From positions 121,274,001 through 121,338,000 of the forward strand of contig CM059432.1 in assembly GCA_030390025.1 (NCBI GenBank): a stretch of DNA of 64,000 nucleotides, read 5' to 3'. Positions 48,341 through 60,019 of this stretch are shown piece by piece. Under the pieces are notes generated by a model. That model worked only from the letters and a program-made list of their open reading frames with translations. It ran no database searches and was not told the DNA's origin. The stretch's first letter is position 1. Each line of letters begins with the position of its first letter. The position numbers were made by a program, and so were the translations under genes. Origin of the DNA: Squalus acanthias (Eukaryota).

Positions 48341-49820
48341 ATGGCAGATCAATGGCCCAGGGACAGAGCTCGCAGATTCTGCGACCAAGCATTGGAGGCC
48401 TTGGTCCTCGCTGTGGAGAGACGGAGGGCAGTGCTGTACCCGGCAAGTGGCAGGAGGCCCTCGCCACAAGTCTTCCACGCCATGTGGAGGGAGGTAGCGC
48501 CACATGTCTCGGGCAGCACTGTAGTCCCCAGTGCGATACCGTGAAAGCCCCAGTCGACAGTGGTCGACCCAGCCATGATGGCAGCAGTCAGAGCTTGCGT
48601 GGCATCAAGCTGAGACTGCATGAGAGCAGTCTGTGAATCGATGCCACCAAGCATAGACTACATTACAGCACTAAGACATTGCATCGCTTCCACCTGTGCT
48701 GCAATGGAAGCTGCGACATCGCCCATCACACGCAGCATGAGGTCTGGGTCACCACGGTCTCTCTGGGAGTCCACCATCCTTTGCAGACTGGAAATGATGG
48801 GCTCCATGGTGTGCACAGAGCTCTGTGCAATGTTGGAGCTAGCATGATTAGCTGGAAAGTGGGAAAGGCTTGTGGTGTGAGGGGGAAGTGGGATATGAGA
48901 AGAAGGAGTAGGGATGTACATACCATTGTTGTCCCCAACGGGGTCAACATCGCCGGTGGCCATGGCGCCCACCACCTGGTGCCCAATGATTTGCAGCACT
49001 TTTTCCTCCAGCTCAGACAGTGGTTGGGTGTTGGCTTTTCCCCCGCCTGTGCGCTCCTGCTCCCTTCTGTTGTGAGCGACCTTGGCCTGCAAGAGAAAGG
49101 AAAGTGTGTGAGTGAGTGTGGAGCAATGTGTTTGGGAGATGTGCCTGCCATAGTTGAATAGCTGTCATTGTGTGCAAGGTGTGAGATGTGGGTGTGAGTG
49201 TTGGTAGGTGGAGATTGTTGGTGGGTGAGTGCTGGGGGTGTGGTGCTTTGGGCAGTGTGTGCAGACTGAGGTACAGATGGTGGTATGTAGCATTTGTTGA
49301 AGCATTGACTCACTCTGACCACCCGAGTGAGGTCGTTAAATTTCTTCCTGCAAGGGTGCCCGAGAGCCTGTCGGCAATGGTAAGGAGCGTGGAGGAGTCC
49401 GTCTCCAACATTGCACAAGGCTCTGCGCACACCATGGAGCCCATCATTTCCAGTCTGCAAAGGATGTCGACTGGGCCTTTCACTGTATCGCAGCAGGTCA
49501 GCAATCTGTGCTCCAACAGATTGCTAGGATTGCTGAGGTGCTGCCCCAGGGGAGTGGCAGTGGGTCAGGGGAGCAGGAACCTGCTGTCCTCTCTCTGGAT
49601 GACAGCATTCCTGCTCCCACCACTGGCACTCTGCCATTGCCCTTGTTGCTGCCTGTCATCCAGTCAGCCCAGACTGCTGCCGCCCATGCTGAGGTGGTGC
49701 AGTCTACAGCCGGGCCTTCCAGGCCCACAGCTGGTCGAGGGTGTCCTGCAAGGCCATCTGAAGTCTCCCGCACGGCATTCAGCAGCCTTCCACCAGCCGT
49801 GCTGCAGCCACTGGGCCAAC
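48341..49820 (+). pseudogene. Harbinger Myb/SANT gene, rearranged
   Basis: MADQWPRDRARRFCDQALEALV...WREVA on +; CRKKFNDLTRVVR and AKVAHNRREQERTGGG on - (inverted block). Confidence 0.85.
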
Positions 49821-52412
49821 ATAGAGTCATAGAGTTATACAGCACAGAAAGAGGCCCTTCGGCCCATCGTGTCCACGCTGGCCATCAAGCCCTGTCTATT
49901 CTAATCCCATTTTCCAGCACTTGGTCCGTAGCCTTGTATGCTATGGCGTTTCAAGTGCTCATCTAAATGCTTCTTGAATGCTGTGAGGGTTCCTGCCTCT
50001 ACCACCCTTTCAGGCAGTGAGTTCCAGATTCCAACCACCCTCTGGGTGAAAAAGTGTTTCCTCAAATCCCCTCTAAACCTCCTGCCCCTTACCTTGAAAC
50101 TATGCCCCCTGGTTATTGACCCCTCTACTAAGGGGAAAAGTTCCTATCTATCTACCCTATCTATGACCCTCATAATTTTGTACACCTCAATCAGGTCCCC
50201 CCTCAGCCTTCTCTGCTCTAAGGAAAACAACCCCAGCCTGTCCAGTCTCTCTTCATAGCTGAAGCGCTCCAGCCCAGGTAACATCCTGGTGAATCTCCTC
50301 TGCACCCTCTCCAATGCAATCACATCCCTCCTATAGTGTGGTGACCAGAACTGCACACAGTATTCCAGCTGTGGCCTGACTAACGTTTTGTACAGCTCCA
50401 TCATAACCTCCCTGCTCTTATATTCTATACCTCGGCTAATGAAGGCAAGTATCCCATATGCCTTTTTAACCACCTTATCTACCTGTCCTGCTGCCTTCAG
50501 GGATCTATGTACATGCACACCAAGGTCGCTCTGATCCTCTGTCTTTCCTAGGATCCTACCATTCATTGTGTATTCCCTTGCCTTGTTTGTCCTCCTAAAA
50601 TGCATCACCTCACACTTTTCAGGGTTAAATTCCATTTGCCACTGTTCTGCCCACCTAACCATCCCATCTATATCGTCCTGTAGCCTGAGGCTTCCCTCCT
50701 CGCTATTTACCACTCCACCAATGTTTGTGTCATCTGCGAACTTACTGATCATACCTCCTACATTCATATCTAAATCATTAATGTACACTACAAACAGCAA
50801 AGGACCCAGCACCGATCCCTGCGGTATACCACTGGACACAGGCTTCAAGTCACAAAAACAACCTTCGACCATCACCCTCTGCCTCCTGCCACTAAGCCAA
50901 TTTTGGATCCAATGTGCCAAATTGCCCTGGATCCCATGGGCTCTAATCTTCTTGACCAGTCTCCCATGTGGGACTTTGTCAAAAGCCTTACTGAAGTCCA
51001 TGTAGACTACATCAACTGCACTACCCTCATCCATACACCTAGTCACCCCCTCAAAAAATTCAATTAAATTTGTCAGACATGATCTCCCCCTGAAAAAGCC
51101 ATGCTGACTATCCCTGATTAATCCCTGCCTCTCCAAGTGGAGACTAATTCTGTCCCTCAGAATTTTTTCCAATAATTTCCCTACCACTGATGTTAGGCTC
51201 ACTGGCCTGTAATTCCCTGGTTTATCCCCACTACCCTTCTTGAACACTGGTACTACGTTAGCTGTTCTCCAGTCCTCTGGCACCTCCCCTGTGGCCAGAG
51301 AGTTTCTGAAAATTTGTGTCAGAGCCCCTGCAATCTCCTCCCTTGCCTCACACAGCAGCCTGGGATACATCCCGTCAGGGCCTGAGGATTTATCCACTTT
51401 TAAGCCCGCTAAAACCGCCAGTACGTCCTCCCTCTCAATACTAGTTTCTTCAAGTATATCACAATCCCCCTGCCTTATTTCTATGCCTACATCACCCTTC
51501 TCCATAGTAAACACAGATGCAAAATTTCATTTAAAACCTCACCCACCTCTTCCGGCTCTATACACAGATTGCCACTTTTGTCCCTAATGGGCCCTACTCT
51601 TTCCCTGGTTATCCTCTTGCCCTTAATATACTTATAAAACACCTTGGGATTTTCCTTTATTTTGCCCGCCAGTGTTTTTTCATGCCCCCTCTTTGCTCTC
51701 CTAATTTCTTTTTTAATTACCCCCCTGCACTTTCTATACACTTCTAGGGCTTCCACTGTTTTTAGTCCTTTGTATCTGCCAAAAGCCTTCCTTTTTTTCC
51801 AAATCCATTCTTGTATATCACTTGACATCCAGGGTTCCCTGGGCTTGTTGGTCCCACCCTTGACCTTTACGGGAACATGTTGGCGTTGTACTCTCTCTAT
51901 TTCCTTTCTGAAAGACTCCCATTGCTCTGATGTGGATTTTCCAACAAGTTGCTGATCCCAGTCCATTTTGGCCAGATCCTGCCTTATCATATTAAAATCG
52001 TCCTTCCCCCAATTTAGAACCTTTATTTCCGGTCCATCTTTGTCCTTTTCCATGATTACCTTAAATCTCACCGAATTATGGTCACTGTCACCAAAATGCT
52101 CTCCTGCTGACACTCCTACCACTTGCCCGGCTACATTCCCTAGAATTAGGTCCAGTACCGCCCCCTCTCTTGTAGGACTTTCTACATGCTGGCTCAAAAA
52201 GCTCTCCTGGATGCACTTTAAGAATTCCGCACCCTCTAAGCCTTTCACACTCTGACTATCCCAGTTAATATTGGGAAAGTTGAAATCCCCTACTATTATT
52301 ACCCTATTATTTCTACACTTCTCTGAGATCTGCCTACATATCTGTTCCTCTATCTCCCCCTGACTGTTTGGGGGCCTAGAGTACACTCCCAGCAAAGTGC
52401 TTGCCCCCTTTT

Positions 52413-53302
52413 GGGGGGAAAATTCAGTTGGTTTGCACCTCCCATTAGCGCCTTAAGAGGGCGTTAATGGGGCGCAAAGCAACTAGTGCCCGGGCGCGGC
52501 GCTATCTGCGCCTCTCGCGAAATTGACCAGACATTTTGCGGCGGCGCTAAACACTACCACCATGATCTCCTGCGCCGGGAGATCGTGACATCAGTCGAGT
52601 GCGCAACGCCCCGGTAGCGCCCCAGAGCGGATATTGAGTGGTGCCCCCTGCCTTACCGCCTGCCGCTAGCAACGACAGGTTGAGGGGAGCGTTTTGCAGT
52701 CAGGAAGGGACTGGGGGAGCGCTATTTAAAGGCGAACACTTCCTGCCTTTTTTTGTTGGTGACATTTTTGCACCATGCATTCTGAGAGAGAGAGAGACTT
52801 CTGGAGAGATTCAACGTTGTGTGAAGGAGTTTTGGGTACTGAGCAGCACTTTGCAGGTTCATTTTGATTTGCCATTCCTTGCATCTATTTAGAAGAGACT
52901 GTGGGGGCTGCACTCTGAGCTCTTTCCCTGGTCCTCTCCATTGTTCTTTTCAGCAGATTTGATGCACAGGTCCCTCCAGGCCGAGATACAAGGCTGCAAT
53001 GAGCAGGATGTGGATGGAGAGCAAGATCAACCCTCCCCTTTAAGAACTGGCTGGTGCCATTGCGTCTGTGTTCCATTGCTGACTGACATCACATGAGCTT
53101 CGCCAGCGCTCTGAGGTAGCGCCTCGCTCATCGGCCTTTGCGCCTTAAGACAGGTGTATAGCGCCTGATTTAGCACTCCAATCACCTCCAGGGGCGATAA
53201 AAGCCAAGTTTACAGTCGGAGGCGATAATTAGCGCCAGGCGCTAAACTTCGCGCGCAGCCGATAATTGCGCCCCAAACGGGGCGATACTGAATTTTTCCC
53301 CC
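52413..53302 (-). mobile_element. Harbinger MITE (family B), inverted copy of 46269-47161
   Basis: Same TIRs, TSD TTT, collinear reverse complement. Confidence 0.92.
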
Positions 53303-53324
53303 TTTGTTTTTAAGTTCTACCCCC

Positions 53325-53698
53325 AATAGAAGAGGCTTACCAATCTCGCAGACCGGCGGTGGTGTTCCAGAGCCACGTCACGATTCAAGAGGAAGGAGCT
53401 GATTGGGTGAGTCCGGCCAGGTAACTTTTTATACTACTCTATAGTTTGACAGTTAAGGTTAATAGGGGGAAAAATACGCCTGATCTGGGGTAGCCCAAAA
53501 AGGGCTAGGACTTGTAATTATCCCTTCAGAGTTAGATATATTTCTTAAGGCTAAAGGGTTCAAGGGATATGGGGAGAGAGCAGGGACAGGGTACTGAATT
53601 TGGATGATCAGCCATGATCTCATTAAATGTCAGAACAGGCTCGAGGGGCCGAATGGCCTACTCCTGCTCCTATCTTCTATGTTTCTATGTTTCTATGT
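53325..53698 (+). mobile_element. Short insertion ending in a CR1 3' tail
   Basis: CR1 3' UTR 53530-53698 with (TTTCTATG)n tail; flanked by TACCC on both sides inside the host CR1 endonuclease. Confidence 0.7.
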
Positions 53699-54375
53699 TA
53701 CCCATATGGCCTCATTAGAGGTACCTGCTAAGATATCATCCCTCCTTACAGCAGTAATTGACTCCTTGATTAATAATGTGACACCCCCTCCTCTTTTACA
53801 CCCCCCTCTGTCTCGCCTGAAGATTCTATACCCCGGAATATTGAGCTGCCAGTCCTGCCCCTCCCTCAACCATGTCTCTGTGATAGCAACAATATCATAC
53901 TCCCATGTGTTCATCAACAGCTTCAATTCATCTGCCTTACTCGCAAGACTCCTTGCATTAAAATAAATGCCATCCAGCCTTGCCATACTCCCTTGTGCCG
54001 TTACATATTTGCTCTACCTTCCAGGCTGACTTGTTTTTTCCTCTATATTTGGCTGTGCATCACCCCCTACTATAGCTCCACTCCGTATCCCATCCCCCTG
54101 CCAAGTTAGTTTAAACCCCCCACAACAGTACTCGCAAACCTTCGTAGGAGCACTCGAGTAGGCAAAGGCACAGTAATGAGAGGCACTATGGGATTGCACA
54201 AGGGTGAATAGCTAATATTGTTGCTGTAAATATATGTTCACTGATTATTGATAAATTTATTAATTGGCTTTGGATGATTTTGTGGTGTCTCTCATTTCAG
54301 CTTTGCGCTGTGATATGGCCTGAGACAGGGATGGAATGATGGGGATATGGTGAGCAACAGGGATCTGGGTTGAAT

Positions 54376-55561
54376 TTACTGGAACTGCAGTCTGATGAGG
54401 CGGTCACGGACCGCCCTTCTGGAAGGCCGATTGAGTGGCTGCCTCCTCCCTCGCTCCTGTTCCTCCTCCTCCTTGTCTTCCTCTTCCTCCTCATCATCCT
54501 CCTCCTCCTCCTCTCCCTCTTCCTCCTGCTGAGGTGGTCCCGCAATCCCTGCTGGCAAGGGCTCGGGCCCTCATGATGCCCAGATTGTGGAGCATGCAGC
54601 GCACCATGGCGAAATGGGACACCCGCTTCAACGACTACTGAAGGGCTCCTCCCGAGTTGTCAGCGGAACAGTTGCTTGATTACCCCAATGGTCTGCTCAA
54701 TTATGTTCCTGGTGGCGGCATGGCTCTCATGATGTGAGTGCTGAGCAGGAGTGTTGGGGTTGCGGAGGGGAGTCATGAGCCAGCTGGAGAGCGGATAGCC
54801 CTTGTCTACGACCAGCCAGCCGTGAGCTTAACATGGTGGCTGGAAGAGTGCTGGAACACCAGTCTGGTGCAGGACGAAGGCATCGAGGCTGCTGCCAGGA
54901 TAGTGGGCATTCACATTGAGGATTCGCTGTCTGTGGTCGCACACCGACTGGACATTAAGTGTGTGGTAGCCTTTACGGTTACGGAAGATCTCAGGATTGT
55001 TATGCGGTGCCTGCAAAGCCATGTGGGTGCAGTCAATGGTGTTCTGCACCATGGGGAAGCCCACTATCCTGGCAAAGCCACATGCACGCTCATCCTGCTT
55101 CTCTCTGGTGATGGGGAAGGAAATGTAGTCCCTTCTCCTAATGTAGAGAGCCTCTGTGACCTCCCGGATTCAGTGATGGATGGCGAACTGCGAGATGTTA
55201 GCTGTATCTCCTGTTGCAGACTGGAAGGAGCCGCTGGTGAAGAAATTGAAGGCGACGGTGACCTTGACTGCCACTGAGAGAGCCGTGGTTGCCCTGATCT
55301 GAGGCTCAAGGTCTGGTTTCAGGAGGTGGCAGAGTTCTGTGACCACGTCCTTGGTGAAGCAAAGCCTTCTTATACACTGCTTCTCGCTTAATTGGAGGTA
55401 GGATAAGTGCTGTCGGAAACCCTTTGAGGGTAAGGCCTCCTGTTGAGACCCCTCATGGTCCTCCTCCTCCCTCTGGCCACATATTCCAGTCTTTCTCGCT
55501 ACCTCCGCTCCCTCCACAGTAGACCCTGGAGGGCGAGGTTGACTGCCAGTACAGCTCCCAT
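54376..55561 (-). pseudogene. Harbinger transposase (HARBI1-like), full length with stops and frameshifts
   Basis: CIRRLCFTK...FNFFTSGSFQ...IDCTH...RKGYHTLNVQ...YPGSSLDAF...DKGYP...WLMTP...IEQTIG...MLHN and an acidic tail. Confidence 0.93.
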
Positions 55562-56884
55562 TAATGTAACCAAGTGTAGCACTTTGATATCTTGTCACTA
55601 ATATTGAGTAGCCACAACACTCCTGAAAGTAAAAAACCTTTAAATGACTCAATTAAACGGTTGCACAATCTCAAACTGACAAGAAAACAGTGAAACAGCA
55701 CTAACCTGACATCTGTGACTGATCCCTTTAAATATCGCCCCTGGAGCTGCCATCCGCCTGCTTCACGCCTCCTCTCCCTGTCGTTGTCGGGGTGAGGCGC
55801 TAAGGCAGCAAGCGATAATCAATTTGGCAGATCAGGCGCTCAGTGAGCGTTGCACGCTCACTGATGTCACGATCTGCCTGGCGCTAAAGCCCCAGTCGTT
55901 AACTGTTAGCGGCGACACTAATGGGCGACTGGATTTGACGCGCTCTGCTGGATTCACCTCGCCCCTGCGCTACTGCATTAGCACCCCGTTAGCGCCCCCG
56001 CCAGGTGCTATCGGGAGGCGCTAACCAACTGAATTTCTCCCCCAAAGACTGTAACAAAATCACGAGATGGATGACGAACAAATCACTTGATTTACCTCTC
56101 ATGATTTATCACAACATGTGAGCCAAGAGATTGTGATGCAGCCCTGTACTCCCTCCTGGCTGTTATTCGATTGATGTTTTACTAGCTATCCTTAAGAAAA
56201 TTAATTCAAAATAAGAACATTCTAGAAACAAAACTGGGAATAGAAGTGTAAAAGGAGAAGTAAAATGTGTCTAAATTAAAATAAATAGATGCTACACATC
56301 CCTGTGTATAAGGGTCTTTATGAAAGAGCAGAGGTGAACATAATCCATTCAGCTAAGGGACGTTCGCTGTGAAAATCATAAACTTACTGATGTTATGAAG
56401 AATGTGAGCTCAACAAACAATATTTTTTGAAGGCTGAATGCAGACAGCTTGATTTCCCACAAGGAAACTAGTCCCAACCTTGTTAAGTACAATACAATAA
56501 ACCTTATATTAATGCCCACCTGACATGAAAGTCTCATGTCTTTTTTCACAGCCCCAAAACAACAAAGATAACTAACAGAAAACCACCCCAGGTAAACCAG
56601 CCTGCAGCCTGTTTTTGGTCAGTTCAGAGCTGTCTGCTTTGTTAGACATTTCATCACGTTCTCTCCACAACACCAAAAGCAAAGCTCATTTAACATCATT
56701 TGCTGAGTAAAAGTGGGGGTTGCTCATTAAAATATTGCATTAGCTTTAAGGTCATTTGGATTTTTAACATTGCACATGGGTATGTGTGGTTAAAGTTTCG
56801 AGGAAAGTGCCTGTTTACAAGAGTCACTTAACTTCTCTTGCACAAGTGTGAGAGAAAAGTGTCACCCATGCATAAACAACAGCT

Positions 56885-57186
56885 TTTTAAAAATTAATTC
56901 CTGGGATGTGGGCGTCGCTGGCAAGGCCACCATTTATTGCCCATCCCTAATTGCCCTTGAGAAGGTGGTGGTGAGCCACCTTCTGAACCGCTGCAGTCCG
57001 TGTGGTGAAGGTACTCCCACAGTGTTGTTAGGGAGGGAGTTCCAGGATTTTGACCCAGCTACGATGAAGGATCGGCGATATACTTCCAAGTCAGGATGGT
57101 GTATGACTTGGAGGAGAACTTGGAGGTGATGGTGTTCCCATGTGCCTGCTGCCCTTGTCTAGGTGGTAGAAGCCGCGGGTTTGGGA
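56885..57186 (-). mobile_element. 3' end of the APE-RT LINE family of 36255-39235
   Basis: Reverse complement of 38935-39230. Confidence 0.85.
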
Positions 57187-57684
57187 AATCCGCTAAAACT
57201 ACCACATTACAATGTACTTAGGAACATAGATATTATTGGACCAGATCCAACAGCAACAACAACTTGCCATTATATAGCACCTATAACGTAGTAAAACTTC
57301 CCAAGGCGCTTCACAGGAATGTAATCAGGCAACTCTGGCTGGTCCCAGTGTCTGGGATGCATCATTTGCCACAGTACCTTTCATACCCCTCTATCAATAC
57401 TTCTTCAGCTCTCTGTTAAATTTGCTGAGACAATCAGCCCTTCACCACCCATTGCATAATGTAACTAAATCTTATTCACAATGAAATGTATTTCTGCACT
57501 CAGCTATTCAGTTTGTAATGTATTTAACCAATACTTTAATTTGGTACCACAATTAAAGAATTTATCACTTTACTATATTTGGAAAAATAAGGTAAAGGCA
57601 ATCAATCGCATATCTAATTTGCCAACCATTGCCTAGATGTTCCTTCTGATGGTAACTAAGACCAACTCAATACATATGCCTTAC

Positions 57685-57900
57685 TGAGATCCCCCGATGG
57701 TTCAGCGGGGAGATGAATTGTGTGATGTAGTACGATACAGTCGAGGAAGGTTCCAACTTTGACCCTTGCCCGCAGCTTAAGTTAGCTGATCTCAGGGGCG
57801 GTGCTACAATGGATCTTAGCGTCCTTGGATGTGGGGAACTGAAAATGAGGGTGTGGCCCCTTCTGATTCCTTTCCAGTAACTCCTGCTGGTAGTGTGCAG
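57685..57900 (+). mobile_element. Old tRNA-derived SINE, LF-SINE-like
   Basis: Decayed head followed by the core motif GTTAGCTGATCTCAG...GCTACAAT; recognised from memory only. Confidence 0.4.
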
Positions 57901-58271
57901 TGGTGGAGGATGGGTTAGCACAGAAACACAAGATTGTGGTGAAGCATTGTAACCTCTTTTGCGCAAATGTCACCCATGCATAATCAACAGCTAAAACTCA
58001 CCGCATTACAATGTAAATAGGAACATAGGTATTCTAGGAGCAGATTCAACAACAACAACAACTTGCATTTATATAGCACCTTTAACATGATAAAACGTCC
58101 CAAGGTGCTTCACAGCAGTGTAATCAGGCAAATCTGTCCTAATGTAGGAATTTTAGGGACAGGCCACTAGGCCCAAAGGCCACATTTTTTCATTACTGGG
58201 AACAAGTTCAGTTGCATGTGGTTTTATATTCAGCTTGATAAAGAAAGGACAAAAGTCTTTATATCGCATCC

Positions 58272-58697
58272 TTCAGCTAGTGACTCAGTCGGTAGCACGC
58301 TCACTTCTGAGTAAGAAGGTTGTGGGCTCAGGTCCCATTCCAGAGACTTGAGCACAAAAATCTAGGCTGACACTCCAGTGCAGTACTGAGGGAGCACTGC
58401 ACTGTCGGAGACGCTGTATTTTGGATGAGACATTAAACTGAGGCTCTGTCTGCTCTCTCAGGTTATCCCCGGTGTCCTGGACAGTATTTATCCCTCAATC
58501 AACATTACTAAAAAACAGACAATCTGGTCATTATCACATTGCTGTTTGTGGGAGCTTGCTGTGCGCAGATTGGCTGCCGGGTTTTCTACATTACAACAGT
58601 GACTACACTTCAAAAGTACTTAATTGGCTATAAAGCATTTTGGGACGTCCTGAGGTCATGAAAGGTACTATATAAAATGCAAGACTTTCTTTCTTTC
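58272..58697 (+). mobile_element. Deu-domain SINE (SacSINE1-like) with an internal deletion
   Basis: Collinear with 12870-13329 but lacking roughly 45 bp after CTCTCAGG. Confidence 0.85.
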
Positions 58698-59227
58698 ACA
58701 AACTCAGGATATCTCGAAGCACTTTTGGACACTCTCCAAATGCTGGTCCTTAGTTGAATGGGAATCCAGCTGTGCTTTTGAGGATGAATCGAAAAAGTAA
58801 AAGAAAACAAAAATGGTGTGCATGCTTCTCAAGTGGCTAGTTTACTCAGCGCACACCAGCAATATCTGGTAAATATGTTTACTGCACACTGTAATGTATG
58901 CTTCATTGACATTAACATTTGAATTTGGTATTTAAACTCAACTGGAGAAAAGGAATTGTGTAGTAAAGAGTTTCCCACCAACGCTACAGGAAATAATTTT
59001 CATGGAGGGGGAAATGTAAACCCATGAAAGACCTTTCTAGTTACTACACTTGTTTGTCATAAGTAAATAAAATAAACAAAAGTGGATGCAGGAATTGATA
59101 TTACAATTAGATTATTTATTTTTAGGAATTGCAGACCACTCAATGACTGAACAAGAGATTGTTTTGAACACTTTCAGCTCATAATGACCATTCAAATAAG
59201 CTCTTATTTGCCAAAGTACATCTGATG

Positions 59228-59402
59228 AGTATATTCAAGGCTGAGATAGATAGATTTTTGGACTTAAGGAGAATCAAGGGATATGGGGATCGGGCGGGAA
59301 AGTGGAGTTGAGGTCGAAGATCAGCTGTGATCTTCTTGAATGGCAGAGCAAGCTCGAATAAGACGGTGTGGCCTACTCCTGCTCCTGATTCTTATGTTCT
59401 TA
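59228..59402 (+). mobile_element. CR1 3' UTR fragment
   Basis: GAGATAGATAGATTTTTG...GGCCTACTCCTGCTCC...TTCTTATGTTCTTAT. Confidence 0.8.
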
Positions 59403-60019
59403 TCGTCTTATCTTAAGCAAAGTATGAAGACATCTAGTGGTAAGTATCAAGCATTGCAGAAGCCGGTTCGTCAGATCATTGGAACTATTTAATGCACACA
59501 GTTTGCAGAAGATTTTTCAAGAGGACTTTGAAGCTCTGTGCGGCGCCCCGATTAACCAGCTCTGCCCAGTACAGTCTCCTAATTATAAAACAATAGCTGG
59601 TTGGAAGAAACACAAGTTGGCCTTCTGACACAGCTGTTTGGTTTGGAGAGAGAATGCTGTGTCTGGAACTGGAGACCAGAGGCTCAAGTACCAGACGTGG
59701 CTTTTATACAACATTAAGCACACTGTGGATTGAAGGTCCGACTCACAAAAGTTTGATAAAGACTTCTGAAGCTATATACAAAGCCTACTCATTAAAGGGC
59801 TGGGGTGGGGGGAGGGAGAAGGAAGTTCTGTGGAGAGATGTGATGCCGGGTAGGAGACATTAAAAAATGTAATTTGTATCTTGGCCAAATTTATCAGATC
59901 AGCATCGCAGCTATGTACTGAAGATGAGGCTGACTGCATTTCCTTGCTCAGAGATCTTCCTGCAGGCTTAAATTGGGACTCTAGTTCATTGGGATTTGAA
60001 TAACTAGGGAGGTAGATAG

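Larger units (their letters stand above)
49820..54125 (-). mobile_element. CR1 ORF2 (APE + RT), nearly complete, interrupted at 52413-53302 and 53325-53698
   Basis: YFNARSL...ITETWL...GDFN...SDHN...PQGSVLGP...KFADDT; tail (CTCTATGA)n at 49820. Confidence 0.93.
47991..56043. mobile_element. Two-gene PIF/Harbinger transposon, defective, with nested CR1s and a MITE
   Basis: TIRs GGGGGAGAAATTCA / TGAATTTCTCCCCC, TSD AAA; convergent Myb/SANT (+) and HARBI1-like (-) genes. Confidence 0.9.

Noticed and set aside
54376..55561. Domesticated HARBI1 host gene
   Set aside because: Contains stops and frameshifts and lies within TIRs with a TSD.
56552..56591. Possible plus-strand micro-exon (TTTTTTCACAG|...CAG|GTAAAC)
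   Set aside because: No recognisable product; expected by chance in 64 kb.
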